Source of the DNA: Bifidobacteriaceae bacterium
GTDB lineage: Bacteria; Actinomycetota; Actinomycetes; Actinomycetales; WQXJ01
Assembly (NCBI GenBank): GCA_031278655.1
Contig: JAITJZ010000010.1
Location: 5,881-69,880 of the forward strand
Reading direction: 5' to 3'
Length of the DNA: 64,000 nucleotides
This document shows positions 25,101 to 35,121 of this stretch, in pieces; position 1 is the stretch's first letter; each line of letters starts with the position of its first letter. Below the pieces are notes generated by a model that was not told the origin of the DNA, searched no databases, and saw only the letters and a list, made by a program, of their open reading frames with translations. The translations under genes and the position numbers were made by a program.

Positions 25101-26068
25101 AGCACCTGCTCAGCGCCGCCGATCTGGATCATGACGAGGCGGTGGCGGTGCTCGACGCGGCCGAGCGGATGGCCGCCACCCAGGCTCGAGAGATCAAGAA
25201 GCTGCCGACCCTGCGCGGGCAGACGGTGGTCAACCTTTTCTTCGAGGACTCGACCAGGACGCGCATCTCCTTCGAGACGGCGGCCAAACGCCTGAGCGCC
25301 GATGTCATCAACTTCTCGCCCAAGGGCTCATCGGTGTCGAAGGGCGAGTCGCTCAAGGACACGGTCCTGACGCTGGGCGCCATGCGCGCCGACGCCATCG
25401 TGGTGCGCCACCCGGCCTCCGGCGCGCCCTCGCGGATCGCCGGCTCGACCTGGACCGACGCCTCGGTCATCACCGCCGGGGACGGCACCCACCAGCACCC
25501 GACCCAGGCGCTGTTGGACGCCATGACGATCCGGCGCCACCTGAAGGCGGGCGCCGGCGACCTGGCCGGGCGGGACCTGGCCGGGCTCAGCGTCATGATT
25601 GTTGGCGACGTGCTCCACTCGCGCGTGGCGCGCTCCGGCGTCGACCTGTTCACCACCCTTGGCGCCGAGGTGACGCTGGTGGCGCCGGCCACCCTGCTGC
25701 CGGTGGGAGTCGAGACCTGGCCGGCCGCCCGTTTCTACGACCTCGACCGGGCCTTGGCCGAGGCGCCCCCGGACGCCCTGATGATGCTGCGGGTGCAGCG
25801 TGAACGCATGTCCAGCGCCGGCGGCGGTTTCTTCCCCAGCCCGCAGGAGTACACCCGCGAATACGGGCTCGACGCGCGGCGGGCGGCGGCGTTGGCGCCG
25901 CACGCGATCGTGTTGCACCCGGGGCCGATGAACCGCGGTCTGGAGATCACTTCAGAGGCGGCGGACGGCCCCCGCTCTGTCGTCGTGGAGCAGGTCGCCA
26001 ACGGCGTGGCGGTGCGCATGGCGGTCCTCTATTTGGCCATGACCGGGGAGAAGGAGCCGGCGGTATGA
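25097..26068 (+). CDS. pyrB: Aspartate carbamoyltransferase catalytic subunit
   Basis: [21 protein letters not shown] and HPGPMNRG motifs. Confidence 0.96.
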   Translation: MKHLLSAADLDHDEAVAVLDAAERMAATQAREIKKLPTLRGQTVVNLFFEDSTRTRISFETAAKRLSADVINFSPKGSSVSKGESLKDTVLTLGAMRADAIVVRHPASGAPSRIAGSTWTDASVITAGDGTHQHPTQALLDAMTIRRHLKAGAGDLAGRDLAGLSVMIVGDVLHSRVARSGVDLFTTLGAEVTLVAPATLLPVGVETWPAARFYDLDRALAEAPPDALMMLRVQRERMSSAGGGFFPSPQEYTREYGLDARRAAALAPHAIVLHPGPMNRGLEITSEAADGPRSVVVEQVANGVAVRMAVLYLAMTGEKEPAV

Positions 26069-27363
26069 ACTATCTGATCAAGGGCGCGACGCTGCCCGGC
26101 GGGCGCCGGGCCGACATCCGGATCGAAGACGGCGCCATTGTGCTGATCGGCCGCGCCGGCGCGGCCGAGGGCGCCAAGGTGGTGGACGCGGACGGGCTGA
26201 TCGCGCTGCCCGGCCTGGTCGACGTCCACACGCATTTGCGCGAGCCCGGCCGCGAGGACGCCGAGACGGTGCTGAGCGGCTCGCGGGCGGCCGCCGCCGG
26301 CGGTTACACCTGTGTTCACGCCATGGCCAACACCTATCCGGTGGCGGACACCGCCGGGGTGGTGGAGCAGGTCTGGCGGCTGGGCCGGGACGCGGGTTAT
26401 GTCGACGTGCGCCCGGTCGGAGCCGTCTCGGTCGGCTTGGAGGGGCGGCATTTGGCGGAGCTGGCCGCCATGGCCCGCTCGGCCGCCCAGGTCCGGGTCT
26501 TCTCCGACGACGGCATGTGCGTCTGGGACGCCGTCCTGATGCGGCGGGCGCTGGAGTACGTCAAGGGCATTGACGGCGTGGTCGCCCAGCACGCCCAGGA
26601 GCCGCGCCTGACCGAGGGCGCCCAGATGCACGAGGGCGTGGTCTCCAGCCAGGTCGGGTTGGCCGGTTGGCCGGCCGTTGCCGAGGAGTCGATCATCGCC
26701 CGCGACGTCCTGTTGGCCGAACACGTCGGCTCCCGCCTGCACGTCTGCCACGTCTCGACGGCCGGGTCGGTTGAGATCATCCGCTGGGCCAAGGCCCGCT
26801 CGATCGCCGTCACCGCCGAGGTCACGCCGCACCATTTGTTGTTGACCGACGAGTTGGCGCGCACCTACGACCCGGTTTACAAGGTCAACCCGCCGTTGCG
26901 GTCCGCCGATGACGTCGAGGCTGTCCGTCAGGCGTTGGCGGACGGGACGATTGACGTGGTTGGCACCGACCACGCGCCGCATCCGCGCGAGGCCAAGGAC
27001 TGCGAGTGGGCGGCGGCGGCCTTCGGCATGACCGGGCTGGAGACGGCGCTGCCGATTGTGCATCAGCTGATGGTCGAGACGGGCCGGATGACCTGGGCGC
27101 ACGTGGCCGAAGCGATGTCCGCCCGGCCGGCCCGGATCGGCCGGGTGGCCTCCCAGGGCCGCCCGCTGGCGGTCGGGGAGAGCGCCAACCTGACGCTCTT
27201 CGACCCGGCTGCCAACTGGAAGGTGGTGCCGGAACTGTTGCAGACGGCATCGGGCAACACCCCGGTGGCGGGGCGCCAAATGCGCGGCCGGACGGTGGCG
27301 ACGTTCTACGCCGGGCGGCCAACTGTGCTGGACGGAAGGGTGTTGGAAGGGGTGGCGGGATGA
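26065..27363 (+). CDS. pyrC: Dihydroorotase
   Basis: [19 protein letters not shown] and GTDHAPH motifs. Confidence 0.95.
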   Translation: MNYLIKGATLPGGRRADIRIEDGAIVLIGRAGAAEGAKVVDADGLIALPGLVDVHTHLREPGREDAETVLSGSRAAAAGGYTCVHAMANTYPVADTAGVVEQVWRLGRDAGYVDVRPVGAVSVGLEGRHLAELAAMARSAAQVRVFSDDGMCVWDAVLMRRALEYVKGIDGVVAQHAQEPRLTEGAQMHEGVVSSQVGLAGWPAVAEESIIARDVLLAEHVGSRLHVCHVSTAGSVEIIRWAKARSIAVTAEVTPHHLLLTDELARTYDPVYKVNPPLRSADDVEAVRQALADGTIDVVGTDHAPHPREAKDCEWAAAAFGMTGLETALPIVHQLMVETGRMTWAHVAEAMSARPARIGRVASQGRPLAVGESANLTLFDPAANWKVVPELLQTASGNTPVAGRQMRGRTVATFYAGRPTVLDGRVLEGVAG

Positions 27364-28529
27364 GCGCGGAGGGCGAGCTGGCGCTGTTGGTGCTGGAGGA
27401 CGGGCGGCATTTCCGGGGGCGGCCGTTCGGCGCCCGCGGGACGGCGACCGGGGAGATCGTTTTCAACACGGCCATGACCGGTTACCAGGAGACGCTGACC
27501 GATCCGTCGTACCACCGGCAGATCGTGGTCATGACGGCGCCGCACATCGGCAACACCGGCGTCAACTCGGCCGACCCGGAGTCGGGGCGGATTTGGGTGG
27601 CCGGTTATGTTGTGCGGGACCCGGCGCCGCGACCGTCGAACTGGCGTTCGGAAGGTTCGCTGGAGGACGAATTGGCGGCGCAGGGGATTGTCGGCATGTG
27701 CGACGTCGACACCCGCGCCATCACGCTCCATCTGCGCGAACGCGGCGCCATGCGGGCGGGGCTGTTCACCGGGACGGCGGCCGTCGACGGGTTCGGGCGG
27801 CGCCGCCCCTACGAGGAGTTGGCGCAGGTGGTGCGCGGCGTGCCGCCGATGACGGGTCAAGACTTGGCCGGGGAGGTCACCGCCGCCGCGCCCTATCTGA
27901 TCTCGCCGCCGGACGGCACGCCGGTGGCGGCCACCGTCGTGGCCGTGGACCTGGGCATCAAAGGCATGACGCCGCAGTTGTTGGCCCGGCGCGGCGTGCG
28001 GGTCTGGGTGGTGCCGCGCTCGACATCGTTCGAGGAGGTCATGGCGCTGGCGCCGGACGGCGTCTTCTTCTCCAACGGGCCGGGCGACCCGGCGGCGGCC
28101 GGGTCGGAGCTGGAGTTGCTGCGGGCGGTGCTGGACGCGGGCGTGCCCTTCTTCGGCATCTGCTACGGCAATCAGTTGCTGGGCCGGGCCCTCGGCTTTG
28201 AGACCTACAAGCTGGGCTTCGGCCACCGCGGCGTCAACCATCCGGTGCTGGACCGCTCCACCGGCAAGGTCGAGATCACCGCCCACAATCACGGCTTCGC
28301 CGTCGATGTGCCCCTCGACGGCGGACCGGTGCTGGCCCCCTTCGGGGGCGGGCGCTTCGGCCGCGTCGAGGTTTCGCATGTGGACTTGAACGACCAGGTG
28401 GTCGAGGGCCTGCGCCTGCTCGACCGCCCCGCCTTCTCGGTCCAATACCACCCCGAGGCGGCCGCCGGCCCCCACGACGCCGCCTACCTGTTCGACCGCT
28501 TCCTGGACCTGATGCTCAGCTCGCGCTGA
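27360..28529 (+). CDS. carA: Carbamoyl-phosphate synthase small (glutaminase) subunit
   Basis: [26 protein letters not shown] and SVQYHPEA motifs. ATG 27360 forms an ATGA overlap with pyrC. No carB follows. Confidence 0.95.
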   Translation: MSAEGELALLVLEDGRHFRGRPFGARGTATGEIVFNTAMTGYQETLTDPSYHRQIVVMTAPHIGNTGVNSADPESGRIWVAGYVVRDPAPRPSNWRSEGSLEDELAAQGIVGMCDVDTRAITLHLRERGAMRAGLFTGTAAVDGFGRRRPYEELAQVVRGVPPMTGQDLAGEVTAAAPYLISPPDGTPVAATVVAVDLGIKGMTPQLLARRGVRVWVVPRSTSFEEVMALAPDGVFFSNGPGDPAAAGSELELLRAVLDAGVPFFGICYGNQLLGRALGFETYKLGFGHRGVNHPVLDRSTGKVEITAHNHGFAVDVPLDGGPVLAPFGGGRFGRVEVSHVDLNDQVVEGLRLLDRPAFSVQYHPEAAAGPHDAAYLFDRFLDLMLSSR

Positions 28530-28743
28530 CACCAGCCGTGTCAGCCGTCGCCACGACCGGCAGCGGACCGAAGAACTCGGCCGGGTAGGCCCGGCCGTAG
28601 GGGTGGTCGTCATCGCCGGGCCCAAGCCAGGCCAGGTGCTCCCAAGCGCCCTCGCCGCAGGCGAAGGCGTGGGCCGAGTACCAAGGGGGCGGACCCGAGG
28701 GGCTCGCCGCCGGCGTCCGGGTCTTGGTGATTTCCTCGGCCAC
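28516..28743 (-). CDS. Small hypothetical ORF, or a C-terminal remnant of a degraded gene
   Basis: 75-codon ORF whose codon third positions are mostly G/C by eye, as in real genes here. No recognisable motif. Its last codons overlap the carA 3' end. Confidence 0.3.
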   Translation of the reverse strand: MAEEITKTRTPAASPSGPPPWYSAHAFACGEGAWEHLAWLGPGDDDHPYGRAYPAEFFGPLPVVATADTAGVSAS

Positions 28744-28924
28744 GCCCGGCAGTTGGCGCAGGAAACTGGTCTTGATAAAGGGCTTGAAGAATGATGTGAA
28801 GTTTCACATCACCCACCAAGACTCTGTCGAAGCACAACGGTGTCCGGGACAACCCAAGACCGCCGGCTCCCAAATCAATTTCAGGGATACGTGGGCCAAC
28901 CGCAGCAGTCCCCGCTGGTTCCGG

Positions 28925-30147
28925 TCAGGTCCACCCCAGGGCGATCCGGGCCTTCGCCGAAAGTTTGCCTTTGAACGCGCCCCGGCCCTTGCCCGCCTCG
29001 GGTCCGGTCGGGGCGGCCTGGAAACTCAACGCGCCGTGCTCCAAGACGTACTTCTCACGGTAGCCCCTGTACCTCTCCAGGTCGCGCAAGAAAGACCGGC
29101 GCCGCTACGGCGGGATGTAAGTCGACAAGGACTGGTCGAGGAAGAGCCGGCTATTGTCCCGGTACACCTGCTCCGCCACCCAGATCGGTCTCGCCGCCCC
29201 GGGGTAGACGCCGATGTCGAGGGTGAACTTCCCGGACCGGGGCGTGTTGCACTGGGTGTCGCGCCAGCACACCCACTGGGAGCCAGGCAGCTGGTCGATC
29301 AGCACGTCCGCGTAATAGATCGCCACCCTCTCCTGCATCCGCACCAACACGTCCCTGCTCAAACCGGTGTCCTTGTTAGCTTTGCCGCCCAGGACCGTCC
29401 AGGTCGGAGCCCAGTCGGCGCCGTCGTCGAACGGCCCCGACGTCACATCCAAGAACCAGCGCTCCAAGCCGACCAGCGACGCCGGCGTGCCCAACAACGG
29501 CGGCCCGCCGGTGGCCGCGACCAACTCCCGCAACTCGTCCACATGAGCCCGCTGGGTGGACATGAACCGGTCGAACAACTCGTCCGAAGCCGCCCAGAAC
29601 TTCTTCGTCCCCAGATCGTAGGGGACCTTCAACAAGTTCGGGATGCCGTCCGCGATCCCCTCCAAACCGGGCCAGCCGCTCACGGGCGCCCCAAGAAGAT
29701 GTAGTACGGGAACTTCGCGTCCTTCAACCACTGAAGCAGAGCCTCGTCCGGGCCGCACGCCCCCCGCTTGGACTCCTTGGCGAAAAACACATAGCCGATC
29801 GAATCGAAATCGAGCGCGTCCTTGTATGTGCTATCGCCGCTCATCGCCTCTGCGATGAGCCGGTCGGTGGTGACTTGCCCTTTCGCGCGGGAGGTGTGGC
29901 GGACCACGTAGGTCTTGTTCTCCAGGGCCATCTTGCCTTGGGCGGCCCTGATGACGTCCGGGTGCAACGTGTCGTTGACCCAGTCCATGGCGTCATCCAG
30001 GCCGCTGCCGATCACGTCCATGAGCCGTTTGGACTGGTCGGCTCCCGCCGGCAGGGGCAGGACCCGCTGGCGCGGCTCGACAACCCTCATCACATCACGC
30101 AGGATAGCGTCCCCGTCCGATTCGCGGGCCACCTCGACAAGACTCAC
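28925..30147 (-). pseudogene. Disrupted gene of unknown function (one frameshift plus one in-frame TAG)
   Basis: Track ORFs 29680-30147 and 29105-29758 join as ...KFPYYIFLG|APVSGWPGLEG... with a 1-nt frame change near ttcttgggg (about 29690-29700). After the TAG at 29105-29107 the same frame stays open for 59 more codons (RRRSFLRDLERYRGYREKYVLEHGAL...) to the TGA at 28925-28927. Confidence 0.6.
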
Positions 30148-30168
30148 CTAATGTGATCGCCAAACGCC

Positions 30169-31977
30169 GTGGTCGCTGGCGCTTGGCGGGCTTCGCCGGG
30201 TGTTTGCTGGCTGGACATGGCGGAGGACTTCGCACACCCTGGTTTGAGTGTCAGAGGTGCCTTGTACGGTGTTGGTATGACGATGATGTTGCCTGTTGGA
30301 CCAGCGGGTTGTGGGAGCGGCCCGCCGGACTGGCCGGTTGACGGGCTCGGGGACATGGACTTGGTCGAACTGTTGGACTTCGCTGAGTCATCGGGGCCGG
30401 GGGCGGCGGCCGGGTGGGCGTTGGACGAGGCTGCGGCGAGGGAGTGCGCCTCGCAGCGGGACTCGATCAGGCTGGTCGGCTTGTTGCACCGGCAGGGGGA
30501 GTGGGCGCGCGCCCAGGCGGCGTTGGTGCTGGCGAGGGCTTGCGCGGGCGCCGTTGAGGCTTTGGCCGGCGGCGAGGGCGGGGTCTGCCCGCCGCGATCG
30601 CTGGTGGCGGAGGCGGCGTTGATCTGCGGTGTCACCCAGTGGGAGGCCAACCAGCTAGCGCGGGTCGGGCGGGCAGGGTTGACCGAGCCGACGCTGGGGC
30701 GGGCCTTGGCACAAGGGCGGGTGTCGGTCGGCTGCGCCGATTCGGTCCGGCGCGCGGCCGAACGCCTCGACGACCCAACAGACCGTGGGCGGGTCGTGGG
30801 TCTGGGCCTGCGGCTGGCGGGTGGGGGCCACTGCCGGCCGCGAGTTGAGGAGGCTTGCGAGGCGCTGGCCGCAGACTTGCACCCGGAGGGCTTCTCCGGC
30901 GCGCACGAGGTCGCCTTCGCCGAGCGTTGCGTCTGGTACCGCCCGAGGGCCGCCGGCATGGCGCTGGTGACCCTGTTCGGCGCGGCCGACCAATTGCGCG
31001 CCGCCATGGAGGCGGCCGGATCATCGGCGTCGCCGGTGGGGGAGAATGACCACCGGACCGCGGACCAGCGGCTGTATGACGCAATGGTCGAGCGCCTGGT
31101 CGGGGCGGAGCCGGCGGGCGGGGACCCGGCCCGGTGGCAGGTGCTGGTGCGTTTGGACGCGGCGACGCTGCTGGGGTTGGACGAGCGCCCAGGCCTGATC
31201 CCGGGCGTGGGGCCCGTGTCAGCGGAGGTTGGCCGGTTGATCGCGCGTGACGCGACTTGGCGGGGATTGTTGACCGATCCCGGCTCGGGCCGCCCGGTCT
31301 GGCTGTCAGAGCGGGCTTACCCGCCGGGCGCGGTGCTCGGGCGGGCGCGGGGCGATGGCACCCAGCGGGCCCGCCCGCCAGATGACGATGACGATGGCGG
31401 CGGCCCGGGTGGGTCCGGCGTGGGCCGTGGTGGTGGCCCGAGCGGGTGCGGGCCGCCGAACGGGTGCGGGCCTCCGAACGGGTGCGGGCCGCGCCTGGCC
31501 GGCCCGGGTGGGTCCGGCGTGGGCCGTGGTGGTGGTCCGAGCGGGTGCGGGCCGCCCAACGGGTGCGGGCCGCGCGTGGCTGGCCCGGGGCGTGGTGGCA
31601 CGGGGCTTGGTGGCACGGCATCGGGCGGGGTGTTCGGACCGGCCCGGTCCTGGCCGGTGGAAACCGCCTCGGCCGATTCATACCTGCCCGGCTCGCGCCT
31701 GCGCTTGCTGTTGGCGGTGCGCCAGCCGCGTTGCGCGAATCCGGCTTGCGGGCAGCCGAGCCGGCGCTGCGAGGTGGACCACATTCGCCCGTTCGACCGC
31801 TCCCGCGCCGCCGCCGACCAGACCGTGGCCTCGAATTTGCAACACCTGAACAAGGCCTGCCACCAATTGAAGACCCGCTGGGGCTGGCGCTATGTCCGCG
31901 ATGTCGACACCGGTGTGACCACCATCACCACGCCGCTGGGATTCGACTACCGAGTCCCTCCCTGCAGGCTTGATTGA
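30169..31977 (+). CDS. DUF222 / HNH endonuclease family protein (REP13E12-like)
   Basis: C-terminus has the HNH region (CANPACGQPSRRCEVDHIRPF...NLQHLNKACHQLKTRWGW), typical of actinobacterial DUF222-HNH proteins. The N-terminal start is uncertain. Confidence 0.8.
   Translation: MVAGAWRASPGVCWLDMAEDFAHPGLSVRGALYGVGMTMMLPVGPAGCGSGPPDWPVDGLGDMDLVELLDFAESSGPGAAAGWALDEAAARECASQRDSIRLVGLLHRQGEWARAQAALVLARACAGAVEALAGGEGGVCPPRSLVAEAALICGVTQWEANQLARVGRAGLTEPTLGRALAQGRVSVGCADSVRRAAERLDDPTDRGRVVGLGLRLAGGGHCRPRVEEACEALAADLHPEGFSGAHEVAFAERCVWYRPRAAGMALVTLFGAADQLRAAMEAAGSSASPVGENDHRTADQRLYDAMVERLVGAEPAGGDPARWQVLVRLDAATLLGLDERPGLIPGVGPVSAEVGRLIARDATWRGLLTDPGSGRPVWLSERAYPPGAVLGRARGDGTQRARPPDDDDDGGGPGGSGVGRGGGPSGCGPPNGCGPPNGCGPRLAGPGGSGVGRGGGPSGCGPPNGCGPRVAGPGRGGTGLGGTASGGVFGPARSWPVETASADSYLPGSRLRLLLAVRQPRCANPACGQPSRRCEVDHIRPFDRSRAAADQTVASNLQHLNKACHQLKTRWGWRYVRDVDTGVTTITTPLGFDYRVPPCRLD
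31402..31590 (+). repeat. In-frame tandem repeat (99-nt and 81-nt copies plus a partial third) inside the HNH gene
   Basis: Copy 1 (31402-31500) and copy 2 (31501-31581) are near identical (ggcccgggtgggtccggcgtgggccgtggtggtgg...). Copy 1 carries one extra 18-nt sub-repeat aacgggtgcgggcc(t/g)cc(g). Encodes GGSGVGRGGGPSGCGPPNGCGP(PNGCGP)R. Confidence 0.9.
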
Positions 31978-32019
31978 GCCCGGCCAACTCCGCCGCCCGC
32001 CATGACGGATTGTCTGGCG

Positions 32020-33987
32020 TCAGCCGCCGGGCATCATTGGGGCGCCGCCGCCCATGTTCGGGACCACGTTGACGCTCAGGCCGCCGCCGCGGCCAGGCGT
32101 GGTCTGGCCGCCAAGGAGCGATGAACTGCCGCCGGTCGTGGACGACTCAGTGACCACGTCCTTGGACAGGTCCGCGAGGACGACCTCATCTCCTGGTGAC
32201 AAGCCGTCAGCGATTTCGGTCAACTCCGCGCCCAGCGCGCCCACCACCACCGGCACATCGACCAGTTCGGAGTCCACCACCTGCTGAACGGTGGCCTCGG
32301 TCCCGGAGACATGCACCGCCGAAGTCGGCACGGTCACCACGTTGTCGCTGCTGGCGACGGTGATCAGGACAGTGGCGCTGGCCCCGTCAAAGAGGACGGC
32401 GTCGGTCTGGTCCACCGCCAAGACCACAGCGAACGAGGGGACGGATGTGGAGGACAGATTGGTCACCCCGATTGACGCGATCTGGCCGGTCAGTTCCTGA
32501 TCGGTCGAACCGGCGGTGAACACCGCCGAGTTGCCGATCGCCAGCTCTTTGATCGTGCTCAGGGGCAGGGTCAATGTGACCGTGAATCCCTGGCCGCCGT
32601 CGATCACCGCGACCGCCTGTCCGGCGGTGACCGAATCGCCCGCCGCCGCGTCCACGGCCAGGACCGTGCCGGTGATCGCGGAGGTCAAGACCGCCGCCTG
32701 GCGCTGCTGGACGGTGATGGCCAATTCCGCCTCCAACAACTCGATTTGGGCGCGGTCGCTCAGGATCTGTTCGGCGGTGATGGTCACCTGGACGGCGCCG
32801 CCGCCGGAGGCGGTCCCGCCCGGTTGGCCGGTCCCGTCTTGGGCCTGGTCGCCGCCGGCGCCGCCTGGGCCGGACCCGCCCGCGTCTGCGCCATCGCCGG
32901 GATCGGCGCCGGCGCCGTCGCCCGGGTCCGTGCCCGTGCCCGTGCCGTCGCCCGGGTTCTCCCCGCCGGCGCCGCCCTCGGCCGCCGCCACGGCCGCGGC
33001 CAGTTCGTCCACGGCCGCGTTCAGGGCCGCCGCCTTCTCCATCAACTCCAATTGGGCGGCGCCGAGGGCGCTCTGACCGGATTGGGTGGCGGCGATGGCG
33101 CTCTGGCAGTCCTTGAGCGACTGCTGGATGGCTGCCAGGGCCTGCGCGCCAGCCTCGGCGGCGTCAGCGGCGTCAGGATCGTCCGGGTCGGCCGGGCTCG
33201 GGAAGACGGCCGCCAGGAAGTCGACGCAAGCCGCCTGGGACGCCTCCAACTCCCCGGCGGACGCCTCCAGCAGCCCGCTGACCACGTCATATGCGGCCAG
33301 CAACTCGTCTTGGGCCGCCTTGACGGCATCGGCGGCGGCGGTGACTTGTTCAAGGCCCCCAGCGCCGCCGCCAGCGCCGCCGCCCTGGCTGGACGGGCGG
33401 TTGACCGCGTTGACGATCACCAGTTCGCCGCCCTGCCCGCCGGTCCGGCTGGCGGCGGCGACCACCGCGCCGCCGGTGGCCCGAGCGGTCGTGCCGACGC
33501 TCACGGCAGCCCCCTGGCCAGCCGAGGCGCTGGACGATGACGACGTGCCCGAGGCTTGGTCCTCCAGGTCCGTCGCCAGCTGGTCCTCGGCCTCGGCCAG
33601 GGCTTCCTCGGCCGTTTGGACGGATTCCTCCAGGTCGGTCGGGTCCAAGGTGGCCAGGGTTTGCCCCGCCTGCACGATGTCGCCCACAGCCACATCGACC
33701 GAGCCGACCGTCCCGGCGACCTGGAAGGCGGCCTGCTGCTGGGCGACAAGGCCGATGGTTCCAACGCCCGACGCCTGCTGCACCACCGAGCCGATGGCGG
33801 CGACGGCCGTGCGGTACTCGGGTCCGCCGGGGCGGACCAGGGCGTAGGCAGCCGTCCCGGCGCCGCCAAGGGCGACCAAGCAGACGGCGGTGGCGACGAT
33901 GACGCGGCGGCGCCGCCGGGCGCTCCGGCGCCGGGAGGACTCGGAACTGACCGGCTCGCCCGCGCCGGGAACTGTGCGCCGACTCAT
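32020..33987 (-). CDS. HlyD/MacA-type periplasmic adaptor (membrane fusion protein) with long low-complexity insert
   Basis: N-terminal TM helix and a lipoyl-like motif (GDIVQAGQTLATLDPTDLEESV), then coiled-coil and a beta-barrel C-terminus. Long Gly/Asp/Ala-rich insert and a Met/Gly-rich tail. Confidence 0.8.
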   Translation of the reverse strand: MSRRTVPGAGEPVSSESSRRRSARRRRRVIVATAVCLVALGGAGTAAYALVRPGGPEYRTAVAAIGSVVQQASGVGTIGLVAQQQAAFQVAGTVGSVDVAVGDIVQAGQTLATLDPTDLEESVQTAEEALAEAEDQLATDLEDQASGTSSSSSASAGQGAAVSVGTTARATGGAVVAAASRTGGQGGELVIVNAVNRPSSQGGGAGGGAGGLEQVTAAADAVKAAQDELLAAYDVVSGLLEASAGELEASQAACVDFLAAVFPSPADPDDPDAADAAEAGAQALAAIQQSLKDCQSAIAATQSGQSALGAAQLELMEKAAALNAAVDELAAAVAAAEGGAGGENPGDGTGTGTDPGDGAGADPGDGADAGGSGPGGAGGDQAQDGTGQPGGTASGGGAVQVTITAEQILSDRAQIELLEAELAITVQQRQAAVLTSAITGTVLAVDAAAGDSVTAGQAVAVIDGGQGFTVTLTLPLSTIKELAIGNSAVFTAGSTDQELTGQIASIGVTNLSSTSVPSFAVVLAVDQTDAVLFDGASATVLITVASSDNVVTVPTSAVHVSGTEATVQQVVDSELVDVPVVVGALGAELTEIADGLSPGDEVVLADLSKDVVTESSTTGGSSSLLGGQTTPGRGGGLSVNVVPNMGGGAPMMPGG

Positions 33988-35069
33988 GCCAGCGTCCCGT
34001 CGTCGGCCTCGGCGTCAGCTTGGCCTCGGCCCGGTCGGCCCCCGGAGTTCGTCTGGCCCTCAGGAACGCCCTCGCGGCCGCCGTCCGGCCTGCCCGATCC
34101 GCCCCAGCCCGCGTCATCGCCGGAGCCAAAGGCGGCGCGCCCGCCCATGGCCGTGGAGCAACCGTTCTCGCCCGGGTCGGAGACGGCCAGGGATTCGGCG
34201 TTGACCCGGCCGGAGGCGTCGGCCTCGCCGAGGGCGACCACGCACCGGCCGACCTGCAGGGCGCTCGAATCAGACGTCTTGGTGGTGGTGATGGCCGCCT
34301 CCGCGATGGTGAAACTGCGGGTCACGGTGGCGGACGGGTCATCGGTCGAGGCCGCCTCCGGGTCCTGGCCGCCGCCGAAGGCCGCCCCCGACTGCTCGAC
34401 GGTCACGGTGTCGCCATCGACGGCCGTCACCAAGCCGGAAGCCAGGTTCGCCATCATCGCGGCGCCCGGCATCTGGCCGGCGTCCTCGCCCGATGCCGCG
34501 CCGCCGGGCATGCCTGAGGGCCCGCCGGAAGGCATCCGGCCCGGCATCCCAGACGGCATGTCAGACGGCATGTCGGAAGGCGACCCCTCAGACCAGCCGC
34601 CACCGCCGGGCAGGCTCCTGCCGCCGCCAAATCCACCGGCCGCGCAGGCGCCGTCAGCCTCGGCGGGCGTCACCGTGACGGTCGTGGCCGCGAAAACGTC
34701 CGCGGCGGCATCGGCCGTCTCGTCGCCCCCTGACGCCGCCGCCTCGCCGATGGCCGTGACGCAACTGCCGACCACGACATCGGCGGCGGCGCCGGACACC
34801 TGCTCGGTGATGACCGTCTCAGCCGAATAGCCGACCGCCGTCTGCTTCTCCGAATCTTGCACCTGGATCAAGGCGTTCGTGACAGCGGCGATGGTCCCGG
34901 AGACGCCGGGCGCGGCCTCAGCCGTCTGGGCGCTTGGCGGCGCCGACTCGGCGGCCGGGGTGTCAGCGGCCGTCGGCTGTTCCTCGGCGCCGCCGCACCC
35001 GGTCAGGGCCAGCGCGGCCGCGCCGACGGCGGCCACGCCGCCAATCCGGATCTTCAGTGACAGCTTCAT
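33984..35069 (-). CDS. Secreted lipoprotein (DUF5666-like) with Met/Pro/Gly-rich repeats
   Basis: Lipobox signal MKLSLKIRIGGVAAVGAAALALTGCGG starting at ATG 35069. Repeated beta segments (GTIAAVTNALIQVQD, GLVTAVDGDTVTVEQ). SDMPSDMPSGMPGRMPSGGPSGMPGG repeat. Overlaps the downstream adaptor start. Confidence 0.7.
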   Translation of the reverse strand: MKLSLKIRIGGVAAVGAAALALTGCGGAEEQPTAADTPAAESAPPSAQTAEAAPGVSGTIAAVTNALIQVQDSEKQTAVGYSAETVITEQVSGAAADVVVGSCVTAIGEAAASGGDETADAAADVFAATTVTVTPAEADGACAAGGFGGGRSLPGGGGWSEGSPSDMPSDMPSGMPGRMPSGGPSGMPGGAASGEDAGQMPGAAMMANLASGLVTAVDGDTVTVEQSGAAFGGGQDPEAASTDDPSATVTRSFTIAEAAITTTKTSDSSALQVGRCVVALGEADASGRVNAESLAVSDPGENGCSTAMGGRAAFGSGDDAGWGGSGRPDGGREGVPEGQTNSGGRPGRGQADAEADDGTLA

Positions 35070-35121
35070 GAGCGACTCCATTTCTCGAGAAATTGCGGGC
35101 GCGGTGACATCGGGCCGGCCC

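Noticed and set aside
28724-29704. 326-aa plus-strand ORF in the degraded region
   Set aside because: Antisense to the disrupted minus-strand gene. The minus-strand frames give ordinary protein-like sequence, while this one is Arg/Pro/Gln-rich.
31402-31590. Possible CRISPR-like array
   Set aside because: The repeats are directly adjacent with no unique spacers, are in frame inside a coding region, and no cas genes are present. It is a coding tandem repeat.
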